DNA of 64,000 bases from an uncultured Thermoleophilia bacterium (lineage in GTDB: Bacteria; Actinomycetota; Thermoleophilia; UBA2241). Within the stretch, counting starts at the first letter, position 1. Every line of letters starts with the position of its first letter. A program made the translations under genes and the position numbers. The stretch lies in NCBI GenBank assembly GCA_963715985.1, contig CAVQSP010000011.1, positions 416,001 through 480,000 of the forward strand, written 5' to 3'. Positions 1 to 15,235 of this stretch are shown in pieces. Under the pieces are notes generated by a model, which was not told the origin of the DNA, made no database searches, and worked only from the letters and a program-made list of their open reading frames with translations.

Positions 1-26
1 CTCCTTGCGGCGCGCCGTACGCGACG

Positions 27-68
27 CGGCGGGCGGCGGCCGGGAGATATCCCGGCCGCCGCCCGCCG
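27..68 (-). terminator. GC-rich hairpin downstream of the TPR gene (likely terminator)
   Basis: Inverted repeat CGGCGGGCGGCGGCCGGGA-gata-TCCCGGCCGCCGCCCGCCG just after the stop at 86; no clear U-tract. Confidence 0.6.
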
Positions 69-85
69 GCTGTGCATCGAACGAG

Positions 86-865
86 CTACTTGAGCTGCTG
101 GAGGCTCGCGTCTGCCTGCTTGCCGATCTCCGAGCCGGGATCGATGGAGACGGCCTTGGTGTAGGCCGCCTTGGCGGCCACAGTCTGCGCTTTGGCCGTC
201 TTGGTGTCGCCGCCCTGCTCCGCGATGCGGGCCTCGTGTGCCAGGTAGTTGCCCAGGTTGAAGTAGGCCGCCTGGTAGTCCGGGAACGCCTTGATGACGG
301 CGTTGATCTGCTTGACGGCAGCGTCGATGTTGCCCGAGTAGAAGAGCGAAGTGGCGAAGTCCGTGCCCACGCCGGGGTCGGTCTTCTTCTTCTGCCACGC
401 CGCGGCGTACGTCATGGCCGCGGCCTGGAAGTAGTTGCCCCCGCCCGCGAAGTCCTGGTTCTGGAAGGCCGCGTCACCCTTGTCGTAGAGCTCGTTGCCC
501 TTCTGGACGAGCTCCTCGTAGGTGCCGGTCGTGACGCCCTGGACCGGGGCGGCCGAGCCGTTGCCGGCGGCGCTCGATCCGTCACCGGAGCCGCCGAAGC
601 CGCCCGACACCATGACCACGACCACGATGACGACCACGGCAAGCACGCCGAAGCCGCCCCAGATGACGGCCGGGGAGAGGCCCTTGCCGCCCGGCTGCGC
701 CGCGGCCGCCGGCTGCGCGTCGGCTGCGCCGCCCTGGCGACTCTTGCCGCCCTGCTGGCCGGTGGTCTTGCCCTTCAGGGCGTCCTGCACACCACTCAGG
801 TTGGCGCCGCATTCGGGGCAGAACTTGGCCTCGCCGGCGTCGTTGCCGCACTCAGGACAGTACAT
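86..865 (-). CDS. Zinc-ribbon / transmembrane / TPR-repeat protein
   Basis: MYCPECG...KFCPECG double CxxC, one hydrophobic helix (VIWGGFGVLAVVVIVVVVMV), TPR-like C-terminus (AAYFNLGNYL, AYTKAVSIDP); GGAGG upstream of the ATG at 865. Confidence 0.8.
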   Translation of the reverse strand: MYCPECGNDAGEAKFCPECGANLSGVQDALKGKTTGQQGGKSRQGGAADAQPAAAAQPGGKGLSPAVIWGGFGVLAVVVIVVVVMVSGGFGGSGDGSSAAGNGSAAPVQGVTTGTYEELVQKGNELYDKGDAAFQNQDFAGGGNYFQAAAMTYAAAWQKKKTDPGVGTDFATSLFYSGNIDAAVKQINAVIKAFPDYQAAYFNLGNYLAHEARIAEQGGDTKTAKAQTVAAKAAYTKAVSIDPGSEIGKQADASLQQLK

Positions 866-994
866 AGTCGCGTATCCTCCGCGTCGTGATCTCGTGAGGC
901 GCGAGGGCGCGGCGCTCGCCGCAGGCCCCGCCCGACGCAAAAGGCGCGCCCGGCTGTGCAGCCGCTCGCGCCCTCCGCGTCTCGTGCAGGTATT

Positions 995-3439
<2,445 letters not shown>

Positions 3440-3453
3440 TCAGACGGGCAGGG

Positions 3454-4490
3454 TCACTGCGCCGGCGACGGGCTGGCCGAAGCCGAGGCCGCAGGGCTCG
3501 GCGAAGCGGTGAGAGTCGCCGGGTCGAAGCCCGCGGCATAGGCGATGCCCGCGGCCTTCGTGGCGTCCTTGAGCCACGTGTCCCACGACTTGGTCTGAAG
3601 CTGATACTTGAGCGTCTGCTCGATGGTGCTCTTGGCCTCTTCGATGGTCTGCTGCTTGCCGGGGAGCTTCTCGGTGACCTCGATGACGTGCCAGCCGTAC
3701 TGCGTCTTGACGGGGTCGGAGACCGTGTCCACGGGGAGCTTGAAGGCGGCGTTGGCGAACGGCGCCACCATGCGCGACTTGTCGAACGTGCCCAGATCGC
3801 CGCCGTTGCCCTTGGAGCCGGGGTCGGTGGAGTACTGCTTGGCCACGGCCTTCCAGTTGGCGTCGGTGTTGTCGGCCTCGAGGAGCGCCTTGACCTTCTC
3901 GGCCTCGGCCTTTGTCTTGACGAGGATGTGCCGCGCGGCGACCTGGTCCGGCACGTTGAACTGCGAGGCGTTGTTGGGGTCGTTGAAGTAGGCCTTGATC
4001 TGCGCGTCGGTGACCTTGACGCTCTCGCCGACCTTGGCCTTGACCTTCTCCTGCAGCATCTGGTCCTTGAGCTGGGTCTTGAGCTGGTCCACGGTGACGC
4101 CCTGCTGCTTGAGCAGCTTGTCCAGCTTCTTCTGGCCGCCGACCTGCTTGGTGATCTGGGTGATGCGGTCGGCGAGCTCCTTCTCCGTGACCGAGACCTT
4201 CATCTTGGCGGCTTCCTGCGCGATCAGCGCGTTCTGCACCAGGTATGTGACGATGCTCGACTTGAGCTGGTCGTATTCCGCCGACCCCTCCTTGGGGAAC
4301 TCGGGAGCGCCCTGAGTGGCTGCGTACTGGGCCTTGGCCTGCGCCCAGATGTCATCGAACTGCTGCTGCGTAACGGTCTGGTCGCCCACCACAGCGATGG
4401 CTCCTGTCGGAACGCTAGTGCCGCCGCACGCACCGACCAGGACGGCAGACGCGAACAGGCCGAGCAGGACCGCGGCCATGATGATTCTCT

Positions 4491-4494
<4 letters not shown>
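3454..4494 (-). CDS. prsA: PrsA/SurA-type peptidyl-prolyl isomerase lipoprotein
   Basis: Lipobox-like LVGAC, parvulin motifs ARHILVK, GGDLG, PVKTQYGWHVI. Confidence 0.88.
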
Positions 4495-7881
<3,387 letters not shown>

Positions 7882-8018
7882 GCGAGGTCCTTTCGCGCAC
7901 GCCGAAAGCCCCGTTCGCCTGGTCTTCGACATCCGAGTCGATGCCCAAGCTCGTTGGCGACGGGGCGACCGCCGGAGATTCTACCCGAACGCGAGCGACG
8001 CGTGCCGCCGCGGGGGCG

Positions 8019-9710
8019 TCAGTGCCGGGCGCCGATGCCTCGAGCCGCCGAGGAGCCTTTGACGCGCAGCATGGCCGCGGCCGCGGCCTTCTGGTGGTTG
8101 CCGGCCACGTCGTAGGCCATCCCGACGACCCTGTACACGCCGGCCGGCAGGTCGCAGACGAACGACCACTCGCCCGCGTCCCCGACCTGGACCGCGGGCA
8201 GCCTGGTGGAGGCCGCCGTGGCGCCGTGGGCGGTGCGGAGCGCCAGGGTCACCGTGGCGCTCGCACTCGAGAAGGCGGGATCGTCCAGGCGATAGCGGAC
8301 GCGCGCCGTACCGCCACTGGTCACGACGGCGTTGCGGACACTGACCGAGGGCGCGCGCACGTCGGCGCCGGCGGCGGAGTCCACGAAGGCCTTGAGGCAC
8401 ACGTCGCTGCGCCGGTACCCGGCCATCGTCGTGAGGTCGGTCCACGCCGTCCCGTCGGCGCTGACGAACGAGCGCCCGGGAGCGGAGGTCGGCGCGATGA
8501 GCTGGGACGGGTGCTCCAGCGGGATGGGTTCGGTGGAGCCGGGCGTGGTCAGCCTGACCGCCACGACGAACACGTCGCCGTCGTTCACGGCCGCCGGCGC
8601 CGTGAGCTTGACCGTGTGGTAGCCGGCCACCAGCGCGGTGCCGCGGGCCGCCTCCGGCGCCGCGGCCAGACCCTCGAGCGTGGCCGCCACGTGCACCTCG
8701 AACGTGCTGCCCGGCACCGGCGTGTAGAAGCTGACGGCGGCCACGCGGCCGCTTCCGGCGCAGCGATAGCGGGCGGCGAACCACGCGCTCTCGCCGCCGA
8801 GGCCCAGGCTCCTGCTCCATCCGAGCGCGTCGTGCTGGTAGATGGCGTCGTAGTCGGACGCGCTCTCCGCCCCGCTGTACACCGCCATGTCCTTGCCGAA
8901 GTTGGCGTCGTAGTAGGAGATCCAGAAGTAGCCGTCGTCGCCCCAGTCGGTACCCCAGCTGTTCTTGATGAGGAAGGCGCCGTCGCCGGGCGGCGACCCG
9001 GCGAACTCCTCCGCCGGGTAGTCGTCGTCCCAGCCTACGCACGTGACGTAGTGGTCCAGGAACAGCCCCGGCACCGAAGAGTAGTACGAGAACGTCTCCG
9101 GGTCCATGTACTCGGACTGGAACGCCATGGCGCCGGCGACCCCGCCCAAGGTGGCGACTGCCCACTTGACGGCGTCGTTGTCGAGGGGGCCGGTGCGGGC
9201 CGGCAGGAAGAGCACGTCCTGCACGTGCAGCACGGCGCGCAGGCCCTCCGGCGAGCGGCCCTTGCGGGGGTAGGGGTCGGAGCGCTCCAGTACCGGCCCT
9301 TCCCAGCGTGCGAAGTAGGCCGTGGCCAGGCGGTTGTCGCCGTGCCCCTCGTAGATCAGCCTGGACGCCATGTGGTTGGCGAGGTTGTTCTCGGAGAGGT
9401 CGTACAGAGTCTGCGGGAGCAGGCACGACTCGAGAGAGGCCATCGCCGACTGGACCCAGCAGGTGCTGTAGTTCTCCTGCTGGCGCACGGGGGTGACCTT
9501 GCCCGCGGTACGCAGGTCGTAGGAGGATGCGTAGGGCCCGGCGAGCTGCCAGGGAGGAGCATCGGGCGCCGGCGTTGAAGACGTGACGGCGGTGCCGGCG
9601 GGCACACTCAGCGGCAAGCCGGGGGCGGCGCCGACGGCCGCCCCGCCCGACAGGGACGCGGCGGTGCACACGGCGAGGACCGCGAACCACACACCGGGCC
9701 GTGACTTCAC
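8019..9710 (-). CDS. Secreted papain-family (C1A) cysteine protease with lectin-like domain
   Basis: Signal peptide; YDLRTAGKVTPVRQQ...STCW (catalytic Cys), DHYVTCVGWDD (His), LIKNSWG (Asn), GYFWISY; followed by IYQHDALG...VCLKAF domain. Confidence 0.88.
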   Translation of the reverse strand: MKSRPGVWFAVLAVCTAASLSGGAAVGAAPGLPLSVPAGTAVTSSTPAPDAPPWQLAGPYASSYDLRTAGKVTPVRQQENYSTCWVQSAMASLESCLLPQTLYDLSENNLANHMASRLIYEGHGDNRLATAYFARWEGPVLERSDPYPRKGRSPEGLRAVLHVQDVLFLPARTGPLDNDAVKWAVATLGGVAGAMAFQSEYMDPETFSYYSSVPGLFLDHYVTCVGWDDDYPAEEFAGSPPGDGAFLIKNSWGTDWGDDGYFWISYYDANFGKDMAVYSGAESASDYDAIYQHDALGWSRSLGLGGESAWFAARYRCAGSGRVAAVSFYTPVPGSTFEVHVAATLEGLAAAPEAARGTALVAGYHTVKLTAPAAVNDGDVFVVAVRLTTPGSTEPIPLEHPSQLIAPTSAPGRSFVSADGTAWTDLTTMAGYRRSDVCLKAFVDSAAGADVRAPSVSVRNAVVTSGGTARVRYRLDDPAFSSASATVTLALRTAHGATAASTRLPAVQVGDAGEWSFVCDLPAGVYRVVGMAYDVAGNHQKAAAAAMLRVKGSSAARGIGARH

Positions 9711-9913
9711 CGGCGGCCCATCCCGCTACAGGAGCTGCGCATGCCCCACTTATCGGTCCAGCGCCACGGCAAGTCAAGCCGTGTCGCCGGCCGCCCGGCG
9801 TGCCGAGGCCAGAGACGCGGGGGCGCCGCCCGGGTGGCGGCGGCACGGACGGCGCCGGGTTTCGCCTCCCTCGGTGAGCGTCGTAGGATGGGCGGCGGGA
9901 TGGGAGCCTCAGA

Positions 9914-11296
9914 GTGACGCGACGGCCGCGCCGGTGGCTTGGACTCATGCTGATCGTGGCCGCCGTGGTCGTGGCGGGCGGTGCGCTGCGCCCGCCGCCC
10001 GCCTCGGCCGGCGTCGCCGCCGGCATCACCAAGGTCCTGCAGCGGCACCACTTCGCGAGCGGCTCCACCGGCGTGTTCGTGTGGGACTTCGACAGTGCCC
10101 GTACCGTCTACTCGGCCAACGAGGGCACCCTCCTGGCGCCGGCCTCCAACATGAAGCTCGTCACCAGCCTCACGGCGCTGAGCCGGTGGGGCGCCGACCA
10201 CCGCTTCAAGACCGAGCTGTACGGGCCGGGCGTGCCGGTGTACGGCGGCGTCCTGTACGGCGACCTCTACCTCAAGGGCTACGGCGACCCGAGCCTCTCC
10301 ACACGCGCCTACCAGCGCAAGGCGTTCGGCTTCACGACGGCGTCGTTCGAGTCGTTCGCCAAGAGGCTCCGCACGCTCAAGGTGCACAAGGTCAAGGGCC
10401 GCGTGCTGGCGGACGAGAGCTACTTCGACACGCTGCGCACAGGCGCCCTGTGGACGCCGAGCCTCACGCTGGAGTCGGGGCGTCTCTCAGCCCTGACCGG
10501 CAACGAGAGCCTCGACGACGGCAACCGGGTCAAGGACCCCGCGCTGTACGCCGCCAGGCTGCTCACCCAGGCACTCCGCGCCAAGGGCATCAAGGTGGCC
10601 GGCGAGCCGGGGCGCGGCAAGGTACCCGACTCGGCGCGCCTGCTCAAGCAGCAGTTCTCGGCGCCGCTCAAGAAGCTGCTCCAGCGCATGAACAAGGACA
10701 GTGACAACTTCTTCGCCGAGATCGTCACGAAGGGACTGGGGGCGGAGTTCGAGGGCGCCGGCAGCACCGCGGCCGGCGTGGAGGTCATGAAGCAGACGCT
10801 GGCCACCATCGCCGTGCCACCGGACGCCTACGACATCTATGACGGCTCGGGGCTGAGCTACCAGAACCGGCTCACCGCCGGCGACCTGGCCAAGGTGCTG
10901 GGCGCCGCCCGCCAGCGGCCCGACGCCGACGTGTTCTTCGATGCGCTCGCCGTGGCCGGTGAGGACGGCACCCTGGAAGACCGAATGCGCGGTACGGCCG
11001 CCCAGGGCAACGCCCACGCCAAGACCGGGACGCTGAACATCGCCGTGTGCCTCTCCGGGTACGTGACGTCCGCCAACCACCACCTCGCGGGGTTCTCGAT
11101 CCTCATCAACGGGGGTTCCGTGAACTGGTTCGAGGCCACGGCCGCGCAGGACGACCTCGTGGTGCTGCTCGCGAAGAGCCGGCTCAGCGGCCGGCGGGGG
11201 GCGCGCATCTCGCCGTGGGTGCGGCAGATCCCCGTGTCGGCGTCAGACGCCGTTAACCCTGTTGGCGGCTATCTCCAGCCCGTCGTCCAGCCATAG
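9914..11296 (+). CDS. dacB: D-Ala-D-Ala carboxypeptidase/endopeptidase (PBP4, S13 family)
   Basis: PASNMKL (SxxK), SDN, AKTGTL motifs; GYGDPSL; DGSGLS; N-terminal signal/TM helix. Confidence 0.92.
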   Translation: MTRRPRRWLGLMLIVAAVVVAGGALRPPPASAGVAAGITKVLQRHHFASGSTGVFVWDFDSARTVYSANEGTLLAPASNMKLVTSLTALSRWGADHRFKTELYGPGVPVYGGVLYGDLYLKGYGDPSLSTRAYQRKAFGFTTASFESFAKRLRTLKVHKVKGRVLADESYFDTLRTGALWTPSLTLESGRLSALTGNESLDDGNRVKDPALYAARLLTQALRAKGIKVAGEPGRGKVPDSARLLKQQFSAPLKKLLQRMNKDSDNFFAEIVTKGLGAEFEGAGSTAAGVEVMKQTLATIAVPPDAYDIYDGSGLSYQNRLTAGDLAKVLGAARQRPDADVFFDALAVAGEDGTLEDRMRGTAAQGNAHAKTGTLNIAVCLSGYVTSANHHLAGFSILINGGSVNWFEATAAQDDLVVLLAKSRLSGRRGARISPWVRQIPVSASDAVNPVGGYLQPVVQP

Positions 11297-11836
11297 CTCC
11301 ACGGCGTCGGCCGCGGCGCCCACCAGCGCGGCCACTTCGTCACGGCTCTCGGCAAAGCGGCTGAGCACGTATCCGGCCACCACGTCCGGGTCATAGCTGT
11401 CCGGGCGGTCGACGCCCACGCGCAGGCGCGCGTAGCCGGGTCCGAGCAGCCCGCTGATGCTCTTGAGACCGTTGTGGCCGCCGCTGCCGCCGCCCTCCAT
11501 GAGCCGCAGGCGGCCGAACGGCAGGTCGATGTGGTCGTGCACCACGAGCACGCGGTCGAGGGGTACCTTGAGCGCGCGCACCGCGGCCGCCACGCTGCGG
11601 CCCGAGTCGTTCATGAAGGTGGCCGGCTCGAGCAGCAGTACGGCGCGGCCGCGGGCCATGCCCTCCGCGCAGCGCCCGTCGAACCCGCGCTTGGCGCGGG
11701 GGAACCCGTGCCGCCGCGCCAGCTCGTCCACCACGAGGTAGCCGACGTTGTGGCGGGTACCGTCGTACGTCGGCCCGGGATTCCCCAGGCCGACGACGAG
11801 GTATTCGATGGTGTTCTGCGGGCGGTAGAGGGCCAC
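11243..11836 (-). CDS. pth: Peptidyl-tRNA hydrolase
   Basis: VVGLGNPG, TRHNVG, TFMNDSG, GGHNGLKSI. Confidence 0.96.
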   Translation of the reverse strand: MALYRPQNTIEYLVVGLGNPGPTYDGTRHNVGYLVVDELARRHGFPRAKRGFDGRCAEGMARGRAVLLLEPATFMNDSGRSVAAAVRALKVPLDRVLVVHDHIDLPFGRLRLMEGGGSGGHNGLKSISGLLGPGYARLRVGVDRPDSYDPDVVAGYVLSRFAESRDEVAALVGAAADAVELWLDDGLEIAANRVNGV

Positions 11837-11874
11837 AGGTGCCCCGCCTCAGGCGGCGCGCCGCGTGACGGCCG

Positions 11875-12537
11875 TCAGTCGGCGGCCTCCTCGGCCTCGC
11901 CCTTGCCGACGATCTCGGGCTCGGTCGCGCCGGCCTCGGCCTCAACGGCTTCCTCACCCTCGATCCCGACCTCGGCCTTGCGCGGCGGCAGGATGGAGCA
12001 GAGGACCTCTTCGGCGTCGTCGAGGATCTCGATACCCTCGGGGATGGCGAGGTCGCCGACTTTGGCGGTGTCGTTGATGTCGAGCTCGCTGATGTCCAGC
12101 ACGAGGTGCTCGGGGATGGCGGTGACGAGGCCCCTGATGTTGACCTCGCGGGTGGACTCATCCAGCATGCCGCCGGACTTCACGCCCTTGGCTTCGCCCT
12201 CGAAGCGGATGGCGACCGTGGTCTCGATGGTCTCGTCCAGACGGATCTCCTGGAGGTCGAGATGCGTGATCGCGGGGCGCACGTGGTCGAGCTGCATGTC
12301 TTTGACGATGGCCTTGTGAGCACGCTTGTGGCCCTCGATGGTGACGTCGAGCACAGCGTGGCGCCCGGCGGGGGTGGTGAGCGCGAGCCGCAGCTCGTGC
12401 GGGTCCACGGCGAAGAGGGTGGCCTGCTTGCCGTGCCCGTACAGCACGCCGGGAATGAGGCCGTCCCCGCGCAAACGGCGCGCGGCGCGGCTGCCGGTGG
12501 TGTCGCGCGGCTGCACGACGAGAGTGACTTTGTCCAT
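11875..12537 (-). CDS. rplY: 50S ribosomal protein L25 / Ctc
   Basis: ARRLR..GLIPGVLYG, HLDL, GVKSGG, AIPEHL; position between prs and pth. Confidence 0.95.
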   Translation of the reverse strand: MDKVTLVVQPRDTTGSRAARRLRGDGLIPGVLYGHGKQATLFAVDPHELRLALTTPAGRHAVLDVTIEGHKRAHKAIVKDMQLDHVRPAITHLDLQEIRLDETIETTVAIRFEGEAKGVKSGGMLDESTREVNIRGLVTAIPEHLVLDISELDINDTAKVGDLAIPEGIEILDDAEEVLCSILPPRKAEVGIEGEEAVEAEAGATEPEIVGKGEAEEAAD

Positions 12538-12550
12538 TGGTCGTCTCCTG

Positions 12551-13552
12551 CTAGAAGAGCTGGTTCTCGCCGGCGAACAGCTCGCTCACCGACTCGTCCT
12601 CGAACACGTTCTTGATGGTGCTGGCCAGGGTGTCGGCCACGGAGAGTACTTTGACTTTGGAGTCGTTCGCGCCGGGGGTCATGGGCACCGTGTCGGTGAC
12701 CACGACCTCCTTGACCGGCGACTCCCGCAGGCGTTCGAACGCCGGCGGCGAGAAGACGCCGTGCGTGGCCGTGACGTAGACCTCGCGGGCGCCGTTCTCG
12801 TACAGCGTGTCGACGGCGTTCACCACCGAGCCGCCGGTGTCGATCATGTCGTCCACCACGACGGCGATCTTGTCGCGCACGTCGCCGATGAAGTGCATGG
12901 TCTCGGCGCGGTTGTGCTCGGGGCGCATCTTGGTGAGCACGGCCAGCTCCGCCCCGGGCAGCCGGTTGATGAACCGCTTGGTGAGCTTGACCCCGCCGGC
13001 GTCGGCGGAGACGCCCACCACGGGGCAGCCGCCGAAGTCCTTGTAGCGGAAGTAGTCGGCGAGCATGGGCACGGCCGTCATGTGGTCCACGGGGATGGTG
13101 AAGAAGCCCTGGATCTGGCCCTGGTGCAGGTCCATGGAGAGCACGCGGTCGGCGCCGGCCGCCTCGAGCAGCGTCGCCATGAGGCGTGCGGTGATGGGCT
13201 CGCGGGAGGCGCTCTTCTTGTCCTGGCGCGAATACGGGAAGTACGGGATCACCGCCGTGACGCGGCGCGCCGAGGCGAGCTTGGCGGCCTGGATCATGAT
13301 GAGCAGTTCCATGACCTCGTCGTTGACGTGCCCCTTGCCGCACGGAGACGCGACGATGAAGAGGTCGGTGCCGCGCACGTTCTCCTCGTAGCGGGCGTAG
13401 ATCTCGCCGTTGGCGAACGTGTTGAGCTGCACCCCACCGAGCGTGATGTCCAGCTTCTCCGCGATCTTCGCGGCGAGCGCGGGGTTACTGCGCCCGGAGA
13501 ACAGCTTGAGGCGTTTCTGGGTGGTGATCACGCAGCAGGACGAATCGGCCAC
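12551..13552 (-). CDS. prs: Ribose-phosphate pyrophosphokinase
   Basis: FANGE, PYFPYSRQDKK, MDLHQGQIQGFF, VDDMIDTGGS. Confidence 0.97.
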   Translation of the reverse strand: MADSSCCVITTQKRLKLFSGRSNPALAAKIAEKLDITLGGVQLNTFANGEIYARYEENVRGTDLFIVASPCGKGHVNDEVMELLIMIQAAKLASARRVTAVIPYFPYSRQDKKSASREPITARLMATLLEAAGADRVLSMDLHQGQIQGFFTIPVDHMTAVPMLADYFRYKDFGGCPVVGVSADAGGVKLTKRFINRLPGAELAVLTKMRPEHNRAETMHFIGDVRDKIAVVVDDMIDTGGSVVNAVDTLYENGAREVYVTATHGVFSPPAFERLRESPVKEVVVTDTVPMTPGANDSKVKVLSVADTLASTIKNVFEDESVSELFAGENQLF

Positions 13553-13629
13553 CTCATCCCCTTCCGTGGTCTGGCGTCGGCCGAACAGAGATTGTACCAG
13601 AGAGGGAACACCCGGCCCGCAGGCGGCTG

Positions 13630-15054
13630 CTAGGCGTCGTCACCGGCCTGCTGACGCAGGCGGCGCGCGGCGCGGCGCTCGGCGTAGCCCTCCACGTTCT
13701 CCTGCTTGCCGCGAGCCACGCCCAGCGCACCGGCCGGCACGTCGCGCGTGATCACCGAGCCGGCCGCCGTGAAGGCGCCGTCGCCGATGGTGACCGGCGC
13801 CACCAGCGTGGTGTCGCTGCCGGTGCGCACGCCGTCGCCGATGGTGGTGGGGTGCTTCTCGAAACCGTCGTAGTTGGCCGTGATGTTGCCGGCCGCGATG
13901 TTGCTGCCGCGGCCCACCACGGCGTCGCCCACGTAGCTGAGGTGCGGCACCTTGCTGCCCTCGCCGATGCGGCTGTTCTTGATCTCCACGAAGGTGCCGG
14001 CCTTGGCGCCCTCGGCGAGCACGGTGTTGGGGCGGATGTAGGCGAAGGGTCCCACGCTGCAGCCGGAGCCGATGACGCACTCCGCCAGGTGCGAGCTGAC
14101 GATGCGGACGCGGTCGCCGATGAAGGCGTCGCGCACGAAGGCGCCGGGGCCGATCTCGCAGGCCGCGCCGACGGTCGTGCGGCCGAGCAGGTGGGTGCTG
14201 GCGCGGAGCAGCGTGTCGCGGCCCACCTCGACGCCCCAGTCGACGTAGGTGGTCTCCGGGTCCTCCACACTGACGCCGGCGAGCATGAGGCGCTCCAGCA
14301 GGCGCCAGCGCATGGCGGCGTTGACGATGGCGAGCTCCACCCGCGAGTTCACGCCCATGCACATCTCTTCGTCGTCGCTCTCGAACGTCGCCACGGTGTG
14401 CTCGGCGTCGATGAGCAGGTGGACGACGTCGGTGAGGTACAGCTCGCCCTGGTCGTTGTCGCCGGTGAGGCGCTGGAGGGCCGGGCGCAGGGCGTCGCCG
14501 CGGAACACGTACAGGCCCACGTTGATCTCGTCGATGTCGCGCTCGTCGGGGGTGGCGTCGCGATACTCGACGATGCGGGTCACGTGACCGGCCTCGTCGC
14601 GCACGATACGCCCGTAGTGCGCCGGATCGTCCAGCCGCACGGTGGTGAGCGTGGCGGCCGCGTCGGCGTCCTTGTGGCGGCCGAAGAGGTCGGCGACGAA
14701 CTCCGCGTTCACGAGCGGCACGTCGCCGTACAGCACCATGACGTCGCCCTCGAAGTCGTGCAGGGGCTCGAGGCCGGCACGCACGGCGTCGCCGGTGCCG
14801 CGGCGCTCCTGCTGCACGGCGCGCTCGCACCCCACCGGGAGGATCTCGACGATCTCTTCCTGGTCCGGGCCGGTGACCACCACGATGCGCGACGGCGAGA
14901 TGCTGAGGGCCGCGTCGATGACATACGAGAGCATGGGACGCCCGCAGACGTGATGCAGCACCTTGGGAGCCTCGGACTTCATGCGCGTGCCCAGGCCGGC
15001 AGCCAGGATCACGACGGCAAGCGGCGGACGGCTGGGTGTGAGGGTGTCGGTCAT
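13630..15054 (-). CDS. glmU: Bifunctional UDP-GlcNAc pyrophosphorylase / glucosamine-1-P acetyltransferase
   Basis: ILAAGLGTRMKS, LYGDVP, YGRIVR, VGPFAYIRP, KVPHLSYVGDA; start trimmed because the longer ORF runs into the tRNA. Confidence 0.97.
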   Translation of the reverse strand: MTDTLTPSRPPLAVVILAAGLGTRMKSEAPKVLHHVCGRPMLSYVIDAALSISPSRIVVVTGPDQEEIVEILPVGCERAVQQERRGTGDAVRAGLEPLHDFEGDVMVLYGDVPLVNAEFVADLFGRHKDADAAATLTTVRLDDPAHYGRIVRDEAGHVTRIVEYRDATPDERDIDEINVGLYVFRGDALRPALQRLTGDNDQGELYLTDVVHLLIDAEHTVATFESDDEEMCMGVNSRVELAIVNAAMRWRLLERLMLAGVSVEDPETTYVDWGVEVGRDTLLRASTHLLGRTTVGAACEIGPGAFVRDAFIGDRVRIVSSHLAECVIGSGCSVGPFAYIRPNTVLAEGAKAGTFVEIKNSRIGEGSKVPHLSYVGDAVVGRGSNIAAGNITANYDGFEKHPTTIGDGVRTGSDTTLVAPVTIGDGAFTAAGSVITRDVPAGALGVARGKQENVEGYAERRAARRLRQQAGDDA

Positions 15055-15101
15055 ATGTGTCACCTGGCCGTGGTAGCGGGCGCGCGAGGCGCCGTTGAGG
15101 G

Positions 15102-15176
15102 TGGCTGGGGCGGGAGGATTCGAACCTCCGGATGCCGGGACCAAAACCCGGTGCCTTACCACTTGGCTACGCCCCA
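15102..15176 (-). tRNA. tRNA-Gln(TTG)
   Basis: TGGGGCGTAGCCAAGTGGTAAGGCACCGGGTTTTGGTCCCGGCATCCGGAGGTTCGAATCCTCCCGCCCCAGCCA; cloverleaf, TTG anticodon, encoded CCA. Confidence 0.97.
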
Positions 15177-15229
15177 GCGTAGGTCGGGGCGCCGCCGGGC
15201 GACGGGCGCCCGCCGCTCAGCGGCAGGCT

Positions 15230-15235
15230 ATTCTA
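15230..15235 (-). promoter_or_regulatory. -10 element for tRNA-Gln
   Basis: Minus strand TGATAGAAT about 55 nt upstream of the tRNA. Confidence 0.45.

Noticed and set aside
15055-15180. N-terminal extension of GlmU, or tRNA-Gln as an integration site
   Set aside because: The extension is simply the tRNA read in frame; no duplicated tRNA 3' end or integrase was noticed in the window.
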